DNA of 64,000 nucleotides, taken from contig QPGO01000264.1 of the NCBI GenBank assembly GCA_008632985.1, positions 1 through 64,000 of the forward strand, in the 5' to 3' direction. The position numbers and the translations under genes are program-made. Origin of the DNA: Psammoneis japonica (Eukaryota). How positions within the stretch are numbered: the stretch's first letter is position 1; every line of letters begins with the position of its first letter. Shown piece after piece: positions 1-12,554 of this stretch. The notes below the pieces were generated by a model, which saw only the letters and a program-made list of their open reading frames with translations, did not search any database and was not told the DNA's origin.

Positions 1-1869
1 TGGAGTGCAGCTTTGCAAGATGGCACCTTGAAATTGTTTGAAATCTGAGTGATGATGACGGCATTGACTTTGTGTCATTCTTGGTTGATTCTGAGGAGAT
101 TGTGGCTCTGAGATTGGCAACGGTTCATGCAACACTGCTGTTGATGGATTTGCTGTCACCCACTTGGACAAAGAAGTGTTTGATTGCAACCTGCCGGTTG
201 ATGTCAAACCCTTTGTTTCTGAGCAGCCAGCTGACGGGGAAGTGCTCAGACACCGTCAAACCCCAAAATTGCTGCAATCGACTTTCAAGGGTTCAATGAC
301 CGACTGAGCCAGTGCAGTTGGAGGCACATCTGGTGTTTTAGAGGGCAACTTGTCAAATGAAAAGGGCGGTGGTGGTGGCGGCACATCTGCTCTTGCTCCC
401 GCATTGACAGCTGGGGCCACTGTGGGAGTGGTTCTTCTTGTTGGGGCACTGGTTGTGTGACAATGCTGTTCCCCATCAATCGCTGCTTTTGTCATGAAGT
501 TGATGACTCTGGTGCAATCGACCGAAACATGGAACCCGTCGAAGACCAGGACTGACAGGAAAGCTGGGAGGAAGCGACAGAAGTGAGCCCTGACAAAACC
601 AAACAGCAACAAAAGTTAGAACAGAAGCAAACACACACATGACATCTGCACGGCACCAACACATGCGCGCCATGCTTGTCCTGGGTCCGTCCTGCCTTGC
701 CGCTTGCCACACACAACCTCGCTAAAGGACACAACCACCATGACCAACGACAGCAGCAATCGTGATCAGTGGCTTGCCCAGATCAAGAAAAGTGTCAAAA
801 GAGAGGTTGGAGACCAGTGGAGTGAAGACAGCTGCTGGACGGAATTTGTGGAGGATGTGGCGTGGTGTGGCTCCACACTGAGGAGAACGATGTTGATGCG
901 ATTGACGCTTCTGCGGGTCTCATCGTCATCTGATGTCTGTCGCTGGAAGTCCTCCCAACAGCAAAGCATTCAACAGAAAACTCAAGGCATGAGGCGTGCC
1001 TCCCATCGTCTGCAACCTTTTGTTCAACGAGTGCGTCGCTCCACATCTGCAACCGCAGCAAGATGGTGAGTTGCTTTTCTCGTGTTTTTGAGTTCAATGT
1101 GTTTTTTGAACATGGAAATGAGTCGTCATTCTTTTGTTGAAAGTGTCTTGGAGTGCTTTTTGTTGTGGTTGCTGCCACGTTGTCGAGTCGATGTTCAGCG
1201 TTGTTGGCAATCGTCCAGCTGCGTAGGTGGCTCTTTGTAAATCATGCAGGAAATGCACTGGAATTTGTGCAGAATCCTGTGATGACACAACTCCATTTCT
1301 GTGACGACAAGCAGAAATGCACGGTGATCCTGGCGCACATTGCATGACGACACAAAACAGTGAATCCTCTGCATTTGCTTCACTCAACAAGCCGATGCGA
1401 GAAACGATTCAACATTGACTTTACATCGTTGACGATGTCAGAAGAAGCAGCCGATCCTTCTGAGCCACAGCCTCCAATGGTGCACCAAGGCACAGATCAA
1501 GCTGCATTGCCATCAGATCTGTTGCAGCAGCAAGGAAGAATGGGACAGGGAGAGCAGCATCAAGCACTGCAACACAAGCACCCATGTCACGAAACGCGCC
1601 GGCAGCCAGTGGCAAATCCGCATGCAGCCAATCCAAAAAAAAGAGTGCGCCACATTCAATGTTCTTCTCTGAAAAGTGCACACAGCAAAAGAGAGGTAAG
1701 AGAAAATCCAAAAATGGACAAAAACCTCCTTCTGAGATTTGTCTGTTGTTTGGTGCTCCATTCTCACATCTTGCACATTTCAATTTTTGTTCTCATTGGA
1801 CAGATTGAAGAGCACTTTTGGAAAAGTCTTTGTGCAAGTGGCAGACGAGGTTGCCCTCCTCTCTAAATT

Positions 1870-2180
1870 CTGTGGGCCAGGCGGTGTGGGAGTCGGCCGC
1901 GTGGCAGCAGCTGGGCGGTGCAGGAGGCGGCGGCGTTGGAGCAGCTGCCAGGCGGCGAGGCAGTGGTGCAGCAGTCGGTTTGCTGGAGCAGCGAGTTTGC
2001 GCGGGGGGTGGGTGGCATTGGAGCAGCTGTGCAGTGTGGCAGTTGGTGGCATTGGAGCAGCTGGGTGATGCAGGAATCAGCAGCCTTTGATCAGCCACCG
2101 GCAGTCAGCGTGGTGGGGTCAGTGGCATGGCAATGGTCGGCGGCGTGGCAGTCAGCGGCGCTGCAGCAATGGCCATTGTA
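1870..2180. repeat. Low-complexity GCAGC/GGTGGCATTGGAGCAGCTG repeat tract
   Basis: Recurrent ggcattggagcagctg and gcagcag units; Pro/Ala-rich if read on the minus strand; flanked by similar gtgcaa.tggcagacgaggttgc motifs near 1833 and 2255. Confidence 0.5.
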
Positions 2181-3788
2181 GGAGCCGACAGGTGGGGTGG
2201 TGCATTGCTTTACATGCAATTGTGTGACAATCCACCGTTTCTGGGAAAGTCGGGGTGCAACTGGCAGACGAGGTTGCTCTCGTCTTTGAAAAGTGTCGCC
2301 AGGTGATTCTTCACCTCAGAAAGAGGACAAACAGGAGTGTGGTGCAATCAGACAAACAGAGTCATGAATTGGAATCTTCAGTTTCTCCCTGGTGGACAGC
2401 ATTCTAGCTGGCCACTTTAAAATGAAGATGGCTGTGTTGCACTTTCAGTCTTTCCACTTCTGTTGGAAACGGCTTCAAAGAGTGTTTCAAAAGATTGAGA
2501 CACACTGATGTCAAAAGCTGACACAGAAATCGGTCGAGTGGGGTGACATTGTCTTGGTGCACTTGTCAGAAAAATGTGGCATGCAACACAACAGCATTTT
2601 GGCAGGAGAGGTTCAGCGGCAAAATGGGTTCGGCTGATTTTTACACGGTGAAGCGCGGGAAAACCGAGAAAAATGCTGTTTCGCGTTCTCTCCAACTAGA
2701 GGGTCAGTTGACATGGTCAACACCTTGTTGGAGATGTGAGAGCTTCTTCTGTTGACATCGGTCACTGTTGGCATCATGAAAGCCGTGATGACATTCCAAA
2801 AATGCAAACGAGTCATCCACACGAAAAATTCGAAAATTTTTGGTCGTTGCTGTTCGTCTGGCCATCGCACGTGCGCTTTGAAGTCACTGCAAGCCCTCTC
2901 TCTCACTCCCCTCCTTTGTGAGAGATTTCGGCATGTGGGAAGAATGAAAGAGGTGGCCACCGGAGGCGGCCCAGAAGAATGAACTGAAAAGGAGAAAAGG
3001 AGAAGAGAGAGAGGCAAAGAAGGAAAAAGGAGAAAAAGAGAAGACGCTGTGGGGCTGTCAACTTGCGGCCCTTGGCTGGGCTTCTGCCTGCAAAGCAGCT
3101 TGTCTGTGACTTGAGGTGCTGCGGTTTTACATGCTTGGCAGCAAAGCTCCCACAGCGTGCTGGAGAACTGTGGAGTTGTGCCAGTCTGTGGCACAGCTTG
3201 ACAGCGGCATCTTTTGTGAGGAGTGCTTTGCTGCCAGCCCATCATGGCTTTTTGGGCAGCTTGTTTTCCAAGCCTTGCCCTGCCAGCTTGGTGGCCACTG
3301 CCGCGGATCTATGTCTTCTTTGTTCTCCAAAATTCAGTGCACACTTTGGCGGGTTTGGCCCCAGCACTGTGTCCAAACAATTCTCTGAAGTTTCCAAGTG
3401 AGAAAACGCAGTGTCTCATCCTCTTTAAAAGATCTTCACAAAGATCCCTGGCAACAAGCACTGGCCTTCCCCACCCATGCTGTCAGAAGTGCCTGCCTTG
3501 ACAAATTCACAGCATCTCTCCCAAAGCATCTGTGGATGCTGCACCCAAATTTTGGCCCCATGCATCACAAAATCTTGAGAGAATTTGCAAGATCCACCCC
3601 ATCACGCACCACCACCTTTGGGTTTCCAGTGCAGCCACGGCTTCTGCAGCAGGCTGTTAACAAACATGCAAAGCAAGTTCCCACTGGGACCTCAAATTGA
3701 CCTGCAGCCTTCTTCATTCCGGCTGCACCCCTGCTTGAATTCTGGGTGGCCAGCTGAGCAAAACCTGGCTCTGTCTCTGTGTTTCTCA

Positions 3789-4184
3789 GACGGGTTCCAG
3801 TCCCAGGTGGGACTTTTTGTGACATTGGGCCCGTAGAATTCTACGTGCGAGCTCCGTAGTAAAATTATTAAGCAATGGACACATGAATGATCGCCAACAG
3901 AAAAAGAGGCAATTTTGCGAACGCATCTCCTCCTCCACACTTGAAGTACATTCTTTACAGTATGCCCGGGTACATTCTTCAGACATTAAAGAATGTGCCC
4001 AGCGCATTTTTATTGTCTTAAATGTAGATAACAGAAAGCCTTTGGCTTCGCAAAACAGGCAGTGTGGAACAAATTTTTATAATAGAACACGTAGAAATGT
4101 ACGTGCAAAACATACGACGGATGATAAAAAATAATTGTGTCACAGTTCAGTAGTGCGAGGTCCCACCTAGAGCTGGAACGCGTC
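3789..4184. mobile_element. Young MITE (about 396 bp), 4-bp TSD, possibly Sola-like
   Basis: Imperfect TIRs GACGGGTTCCAGTCCCAGGTGGGAC (3789-3813) and GTCCCACCTAGAGCTGGAACGCGTC (4160-4184); CTCA on both flanks (3785-3788, 4185-4188); interior retains TpA; decayed relative at about 44050-44290. Confidence 0.8.
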
Positions 4185-4594
4185 CTCAGTCCATGTTTCT
4201 GGCTTTGTCACATGTGGTGCAAAGTGCCCTCTCAGGAAAATGCTTGCAGTTGTGCTTGCCCAATGCTGTCCCATCAGCCAGTGCCTTGTGGCGCAGCCCA
4301 GTGCTTTGCTTGCCAGCTCTCCACTGCAAGCTCCTTGTGGCTGGTCTGGTGTCTTCAAGAAGCAAACCACACACCCCATTCTTGCCCAAAGAGGGGGGGG
4401 GGGGGGCAATCAGACCGATGCACATGCCTGAAAGACACCCTGTGTCATCAGGAGGTTCCACGATGAAAACGAGTGAGACGAATGAACAACACAACATCAG
4501 CTGCAACGTGTAAAGTGGGAGCGAGATTTTGCGAGCGGTTGTCTGTTGTCTTGGTTGTTGCGAGTGTTGCGCGAAGTCTTGTTGATGTCGAATC

Positions 4595-4765
4595 TACGCC
4601 ACAACATGCTGACTTTGTACGCCACAAAACTTCAAAAATTTATTGCTTTTGTGCTGGGTCTACGCCACCAGGCGCATGTAGAATCTCACATCAAAATCAC
4701 GTACGCCACTGTGGTACAAAATTTGTGTACACCCTGAACCATTCTACGCCACTCTAGTGGCGTAG
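4595..4765. promoter_or_regulatory. Phased TACGCCAC motif array ending in a hairpin
   Basis: TACGCCAC at 4595, 4618, 4661, 4702, 4745; CTACGCCACT-CT-AGTGGCGTAG inverted repeat at 4744-4765; upstream of the CRN-like gene; function inferred only. Confidence 0.4.
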
Positions 4766-5140
4766 GCTCTGGTATGTTTTTTATACTTCTGACTTGAATT
4801 TTTCCGTTGTGATTTTTCCTCTTCCTTTTTCTTCATAAACTCGGAGCCTACGTGACCGGACATGTGCCGTGTTGTTGTTGTGTGTGATGATCTCACATTG
4901 ATGAATGTTGACTTGCAATACGAGTCCTGACTGCCACCACGGCATACCTGAGTGTTGGGGTGCGTTGCTCTTCTCGTGTGCTCCTTCAAGATGTTCTTCG
5001 AATTTTTGTACGGAACTGGTTCCTTTTATTTTGTCAGACTTTTCAAAAGTTCTTGGAGTGCCTTTTCATTCGTCGCAGCGTGTTCAGTGTGTGCGCTTTG
5101 ATGTGTCCTTATGTTTTCCATTTGTTGGTTTTACAACTAG

Positions 5141-7207
5141 AACTGCTGCAGCAGCAACGAGAAAACAGGGAACGTGTTCAGCAGTGGCAGCAAAATAAAA
5201 GATCCATCGAGGGTAGTGGCAGTGACGGCGGTGTCGAACCACCACTGAAAAGGAGAATTGCATCCGGCGAAGACATGTCTTTTGTGGGTCTCCCCGACGG
5301 GGAACTTGATAGAGAAGTGTTGAAGTTTTCTCATCAAATTGCCGATGGGGAAATTAAATGCATCTTTGAGCGACAGCGCTTTATACCCCTCAAACAAAAA
5401 ATGGAGAGCGTTTTGTCCCAAGAAAAAGGCACCACACGTAAATGGAGCAGCGCCATCGTAACGGGAACGTCGGGCATAGGGAAGACTTGTTTTAGGCACT
5501 ACCTCGCCCACCAGCTGGTAACCGACGACGGGGAACTTGATAGAGAAGTGTTGAAGTTTTCTCATCAAATTGCCGATGGGGAAATTAAATGCATCTTTGA
5601 GCGACAGTGCTTTATACCCCTCAAACAAAAAATGGAGAGCGTTTTGTCCCAAGAAAAAGGCACCACACGTAAATGGAGCAGCGCCATCGTAACGGGAACG
5701 TCGGGCATGGGGAAGACTTGTTTTAGGTGCTACCTCGCCCACCAGCTGGCAACCGAGGGGAAAATTGTTGCTTACAACTACAGGAACCAAAGTCGCATGG
5801 TGTTCGCCCCATCCGTGGCGGAATTAAGACAAAAAGAAAAGGACGAAGAACAGGCTAAGAAGAAAGCCAATGAAAAGGCACAAGAAGCAGAGAAGGGAGA
5901 TGGCGACAACAGACCATATATACTCAGTTTGTTAGACCAATACCAGCAGGGTAACCTAGCGCCGATGGAGGGCGAAACGGAAGTTCAGCGCAACGCCTCA
6001 CATTAGTGGGGCACAGTTGAGAAGAGCAGCGAGTTCTGGACAAAATTACTCGAAAACGAGGAAACGTGGCTACTGGTTGACCTTCACCTTGGAGACCCAT
6101 ACGAGGATGGACGGCCGCCGTGTAAAATTGTCCTTGCCAGCACGCTACGTAAGGGAAACTGGCCTGATCTGAACTCGGGTGGTGGCAGACTGTCTAAAAC
6201 GCTTTATATGCCGCCGCCGTCATTGTCGGAATTGAAAGAAATTAAAGTTGCATTGAGCCTACCGCTCGACGATGACGACATCGAAAGGCGCTTCGCAGCT
6301 TTTGGTGGATCCGCTAGATTTGTGTTTCACGAAGGGGCGGAGCAGAAAGTTGAAGAGGCGTTTCAGGAGAATGGTTTGAAGAGTGTGCTGGATCCTAACA
6401 CTGAACATCCTGTCATGGCCAGTACGCTCGTGCACATTGTAGCTGATGAGAATTTCGAAAAGGTGGGGCGGAAATGGGCATCGCAGGAAATCGCAGAACG
6501 TGCTGTGGATGCATTGATCGATTCGAGAGAAGCGTGTGAAAAGCTATGGTTGGAGGCCACACAGGGCAGTACTGGTAAGCATATAAGGGGAGCGCGGGGG
6601 ATTTTCGCTGAGCGGCTGTGGCATCGTGCTGTGAAGAACGACAAGCAAGTTCGTTTGAAGGCGCTTGAAAATGGGAAGAAATCAACAGTGAACGTGATGA
6701 GGCTTGCAAAATCGTTTCATCGAACACGTCGATTTTCGAAGACAGATCTCTCGGATTTGACGAATATGGCTGTCGGCCAGTATGGTCTACCCGACAATGA
6801 CCAGTTACCCGCTGTAGATGCGATAGCTGTCTTGAATCATATGCCGTGGAAGTCCAAAAGCGATGAGGATGAAGTTACTCCTTCCGAAGATGAGAAGAAA
6901 CGTAAACAGAGGGAGTAGGGGTTGTGTTGGTATCATGCTGCAGATGGCAATTGGTGGAGATCACAAGCGTGCACAGGGGCAGACCTTGGTTGATATCGAC
7001 AAAAAGATGGGCCAACTTGTCTATGGTTACACTGCTGGCGAAGCCGGGTCGCCATTATACTTGATCTATGTTACGGAATCCGCCGACGGTTGGTCTTACC
7101 ACCCGTACGTAACAAAGGAGAACAAGTCTTACCAACCTGGAAAAATGCCCCGGCTTTTGAACAAGATCCAGCAGTTTGCAATGTCCTTCCCAAAGCTGAC
7201 TGATTAA
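5141..7207 (+). pseudogene. Crinkler/RHS-like P-loop NTPase plus restriction-endonuclease-fold protein, interrupted
   Basis: Walker A AIVTGTSGIGKT, Walker B-like TWLLVD (same frame, after TAG 6004-6006), LYMPPPSLSEL...IERRFAAFGGSARFVF, then LPAVDAIA and MLQMAIGGDH typical of CR-NTPase+REase proteins; one in-frame stop and a frame change near 6900-6920; probable splice acceptor at 5140; true start unknown. Confidence 0.7.
5296..5757 (+). repeat. 231-bp (77-codon) in-frame tandem duplication covering Walker A
   Basis: 5296-5526 and 5527-5757 are identical apart from 5 internal substitutions and the final junction base. Confidence 0.97.
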
Positions 7208-8056
7208 ATTTCTATCCACATCTTGCCTCAAATTCTAACCTCATGGACTGCGCCTTTCAGACAAGGCAGCAAATTAAAACTGCCTCCAGTTCATTTCGAT
7301 ACCTAGCTAGAGGTTCATTCTCCTTGGTCTCTCATATTATTTGTCGAGGAGGCACTCGCTGAATAATACTGCCAGCGGTGCTTATCCGTCAAGGCTGAAT
7401 CCTTCTTTCCAGACACCGCTCGAGCGAACATAGTAGTGAACATGCACTTGCTATTATTTCCAATTGCTTGATGGAGATGTAGGCGTCTTTGCATCTTGTT
7501 ATCTCTCAAGTGCGACTAAATTCACACATTCAATTCAACATCAGGTCGAGCACGCCATTGAAGTGATCAAACTGGGCTCTACATATATGATGGCTAAAAG
7601 CATGCTTTCAACACATTAGTGTAAGTTGCTCTCCTTTCTGTTGACCTCTGAGCTCCTGCCGTCCGAGTGTTCTCTTGTCGTGATGGTCGCTGTGTGAGCC
7701 CTATACGACGTGTGAGGCTTGTGGAGGATGCATTACTCACCAGCAAACCAGAGGAAGCCATGCGACAGCGAGACGAAAGATGTGTTGGTGCTCACGTGCA
7801 TGGTGATGGCATTGTAGTTGGAGCTGACCAGGGACATAAACATTGGGTCAACATGCTGTGCTGATGGAGAGGGATTGCGCGCAGTGCATTTTAATTGGCG
7901 TTCTCCATGTTGTGGCTGACGTCACAGTGCTTTCCATTTGGCTGTCTTTTTGCCACAGTTGTGTCTCCAACTGTCACTCTCCATCAGGCAAGCAACCCTT
8001 TTCTGCCAATGAGGGAGACAAAGATTCCTCTCTCTTGGCCACTCGTTGTCATCAAA

Positions 8057-11000
8057 ATGGCAGGTGGTTGGGGTGGAAAACGAGCTGGAGCTGGAGCTCC
8101 TGCAATGGCTGCTCGCCGCAAGGCGCCAGTGTCTGGCTCCAACGTTTTAACAAACTGTTTTGTTCCCGTCAACAACAACAACGCGGACGACGATGATGAC
8201 AGCATGGACAATGCTGCAGCACCAGAGGAGCACACAAACATTGGGGCAACTGCTTCAGCGGCTCAAAACAATGTCGATGATGCGGGCAGGGACATCCAGA
8301 ATGACAGCAACAACGACGACGAAGCAAGTCAATCATCAGAATTTGAGGCTCCTCAAGAATCACAGCCATGGTGGGTGCTGCACAACATGACGACAGATCC
8401 ATCAGAGCAAAATGACGAGAACAACTTCAAGTTTCTGGCATCCTTCGAGAATGCATGGAAAACATTGACCAGAGTCAAGCTGCAAAAAATGTCAGGAGAG
8501 GCTTCCTGTGGTCAAAAGGAAAAGATTTCATTCCTCAACAAGACGCAATGCCTGGCACTGTTGGAGATGCGTGGAAGCTGTTTTGCGAGTGTGATGTCTT
8601 TAATTGGCGACCGGATGTCATGATTCCTGGGTGGAAACCAAAGTGCATGTCGGGGTGCAATGGCATGGGCTGCATTGGCATCAACGTCCACGATCGCGAC
8701 CCCAGATTTGTGTGTGGTGTGCCCAAGAACTGCATTTTGAATTCGCCAATCCAATGGATCTGCCACGAATGTAAAAAGACAAATGGGGATGAGGCAGCCA
8801 ATGGCATTCTAAAAGACCAGAGGCGGCAGCACATGTTCAGCTCCCATCATCCGGCAGCACTCTTGCAATTGGAAGCGAATTTCCCTGGGGAGTTCCATTT
8901 GTTCCCTTGCTGCCTTGGTTGGAGAAGCGGAGTCAACAAAATGTTAATGGAGTGGATGTTTGAATGTGCTGACAAGGGAATGGGCCCTTCGGCTGTTCGA
9001 GGGGTCACAGAAACAATTCAATGGCACCACCACAATTGTTGCGAGGTGCTGTTTGACAAATTCTTGGTGAACCATCTCAATCAGCCTCTTCCCGCCAATG
9101 GCCATGCAAACTGGAAGGCACTGGCACAGGACCTCAAGCCTTTCCCGGAATGTGACTCAAATGACAGTTGTGACCATGCTCCAAATGAAAAGTTGTTGAT
9201 TGAAATGCACTGTGAGATCACGACGGACAACCGTGACTGGATCGATTCCATGCACGCTTGACGGTTGTGTGCAAGTGAGATTGTGGCGCTTGATGCATCA
9301 CACAAGGTGCCAAAGTGGCCAGCAGATTGGAAGGGGCAGCAGATGCATGAGACTTTGATCACTGGAAAGAATGAGTGCTTTGAATCCATGATGGCCTTTT
9401 TTGCTCTTGCCGACAACCACGTTGAGGTTCAGTTGGCATTTTCACAGCTTGTGTCGCAAGGCTTCAATCCAGATTTCACCTTCACTGATGCACCAGCACG
9501 AGACCGAAGGATGCTCAAGGAAGCTTCAGAATCACTGCGCCGGGGGGCATCTGGTGCAACACAGTTTTTGATTGCTGCTGAAAATGGCAAGCTTCCAATT
9601 CCAGAACTTCGAGGCAAGCCGGAGCACCTTGACTCAAGTGAGAATGCCATTGCTGCAATGAATGTCCTTGAAAATGAAGTGCAGAAAAGCAATGCTGCCA
9701 GCACCATTTCTCTTGACATTGAGCACAGTGTCTTTCAGGATGGCACAAGGAACACCACTTTGGTTGTCACACTTGGGTCTGTTGCATGTGTCCCAACATT
9801 CTTGTGATTCATTTGGCAAAGATTCAAAACAAGCAAGAGATTATTTCATGCTTGCAAAGTCTCTTGTCATGTGACGACATCATTTTTGTTGGGAGCAACA
9901 TCAGGAATGATCTCACTGCCCTGAAGAAGGACTTCCCTCATGCTGGTTTTGTGATGAAGAACTCGAGAAATCTCGGATTGATGGTGGTGTGCCAAGGACT
10001 CGTTCAACATGCAAAGGGACAGCATGGACTTGATGCACTTTCGGCACTTCCATTGAAGCAGTTCCTGCCGTAGCCCGCTCTTTGTGCTTCTGACATTTGG
10101 GACAAACCAGGGGAGCCAGCAGATGATGCCATGCACTGTTGCTCTAGAGATTGCGAAGCAGGTGCGCAAGTGTGCGAGATTCTGAAAAATTTGCCAGATC
10201 TTTCTATTCGTCCAATGAAAGCTGAGCTTGCAGTGGGATTGGATGTGGAGATTCTTTCATGCCGGAAGACATGTGTGGAACCAATTGCACGGAGCAGGAT
10301 CATTCAGGTTTCAGGCCAAACGGCAGCAGGAACAGAGCTCACTGATGCAAAAGTTCTGCTGGAGGTTGCAGAAGTGTTTGAGCCGGACTCGTGCTTGCTC
10401 TTCACACAGGTCGGGAACAGGTGTTGCAAATGCAATGGTCTTCAGCACAAGATTCGGCACCAAAGGTCGTGGGATCTTCGAACATTCTGAGATGCTGCAA
10501 AGGTTGTGGGTGGGACAGTTGTCACAGTTGAAGAATGCAAACGTCTTCGGGATTGTGTTGATGCACAAGAAGGAGGCGGGAATGAGCCGGATGGTGGACA
10601 AGGAGGGAAAGATGGAGAAAAATCGAATCAAGGAGAAGAAAGAACGTTGAACGAACAGTTTGACTGTGAGTGTGGCGAAGGTGAAGAATCCTTTTGCCCT
10701 GAAAATGATGAGATGCCAGATGATGAGCCTGACAACAATGACCGGGAGTCCACCATTGACATTGATGAGAAATCTTTGGAATGCTTGGATCCAATTCTTG
10801 ATGAGGAGGAAATTGATTGTAGCCCTGAAGAGATGCCTCCCATTCTGGAACAGTTTCCTGTCGATGATGAAGAGAGCCTAACACCAATCCAGGACACAAA
10901 CCGAGTCACAATTGGTGGGGTCGTTCGATCTTTGCTTGATGCCGCTGATGAGCTTGCAGCTCAATCAAACGTCAGTGATGCAACAAATCTTGCTGATGCA

Positions 11001-12524
11001 GTCAACAAAGCAGACATTTTATCAAGAGTGCTGGGTGATGCTTTCCATTTCATGAGACGAGTGAGGGCACCTGTTCATCATGATTGGAAAGCTGCCTTTT
11101 TCTCTGCTCTTTGAGACTCAACATTCACCCATGACTGCGATGATGAAAAGGAAGTGACTGCAGTGTTTTTGAGGAAAGGGAAAACATGGGAGCAAGCCAT
11201 CAACCACAGCTTTGGCTGTGTTGCTGAACGAGTCCAAAGAATCATGCCATGTTCAAATGTCCTGTGCAGTCAAGTCAAAGTTGTGTTTGAGCATTTTCAA
11301 GACAAGGTGGACTCAAAGACTCAGAAGCCGCTGTTCAACTTGCAGGCTGGAGCTGAAGCTGATCAAGTGCTTGAAGCTTTGTCACATGGTGAGCCATCTG
11401 ATCCTCAAGGTGTGTCTTTCTATGCTCCCATTCCAGATGCAAGTGGTGAGCCAAAGACCAACAAAGATGGGTTGCAGCTGTGGCATTGTTTCCAAGGTGC
11501 TGGGGCAGCCGAGTCGAGGCATTCGCAGCACACGAGGTCATTTGGTCAAGTCCGTGTGGGACCCACATGCTCGGTGTCAGTTCTTTTGAATCACCATCAT
11601 CGGCAAAGTTGGCATGCATCCAAGAACCACCGACCCGGGTTCCCAAAGATGCATCATCACAACACTTTTTTGGCAGACACAAAAAATGAGCTGCATCAAC
11701 GAATCCATGGAAGCCCCAAATGCACTGGTTGGGCAGCGCATGAAGAGATCAAGCCGTCGTGGTGATTCATGGCATGCTTGATGGACTCAGACCTGCCGCA
11801 CACACCAGTTGCCTGCAAGAGTGAGCAGCTGCTGTTCAAGACACTGCTTGAAAGATTGATTCGAGATGGACACTCCCTCAATGCACAAGAAACATTTCAA
11901 ATCATGTGTGAGATTTGGAGTCGAGACTTTGTGAAGGTCCTGCCTCAGTTGGAAAAGGGTCAAGAAGTCACCACATTTCCAAAGTGTGTTGGTCACTTGA
12001 TTGCTTGCTGTGAAAAGTGGCGAGTCAATGTCAACAAAGCTGCAGCAATTAGAGAAGCAGCAAAGGATGAAGCTCTGCAGGCGTTGAAGTGCAACAAGGG
12101 CATTTGAGCTCCCAAGCCATTTCAAGCGGAACCTCTGCACAGGCAAAAAACACCAGAACCAGAGGATGAATCATTCTCTCTAGATCCGAATGATGGTGAA
12201 GCTCAAGTTGCAGTTGACATGCCAGCAGAGGCTCCTGCGGCGGCAACTGTGGCAGAGGCTCCCAAGGCAGAAGCTGCAGCATGAGCGTGTGCTTCCAGAA
12301 CTTCCGCCACACTTTTGACAGCACCATTGCCCATGGCACAACTTGTTCCATTCCAACATCAACAATGCCCATTTCCTGTCATGTGTCCTCAACACCAACA
12401 ACTGCCAAGATTTCTCCCGCCTGACTTTTTTCCTGCCAAGAAACGATCAAAAATGGTGTGTCTGAAATGCCACGACCCCCGGTGCATGGCTCCACATGCT
12501 CCTGGGGCGTGCAGTGAAGGCTGA
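8057..12524 (+). pseudogene. Dada-like DDE transposase with inserted DEDDy 3'-5' exonuclease, degenerate
   Basis: Across frames: WICHEC zinc motif, VALDASHKV (D1), FTFTD (D2), exonuclease motifs ISLDIEH / FVGSNIRNDL / HCCSRDCEA, VLGDAFHFM (DxxH), EPSDPQGVSFY, HCFQGAGAAESRH (E); many stops, frameshifts and Y->C/H changes. Confidence 0.7.
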
Positions 12525-12554
12525 GGTGAAACAGCATGTGAACTCTGTTTCAGG

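Noticed and set aside
1..1800. Coding-like remnants at the window start (also about 52080-52830 and 61290-62200)
   Set aside because: Probably decayed genes or TEs, but no motif could be identified with confidence
2940..3050. Purine tract as another Dada 3' end
   Set aside because: The diagnostic terminal motif is not recognisable next to it
7561..7600. 5' end of the 8057-12686 Dada-like element at GGGCTCTACA
   Set aside because: Weak similarity to the other 5' ends and only a 5/8 flank match to the 3' side
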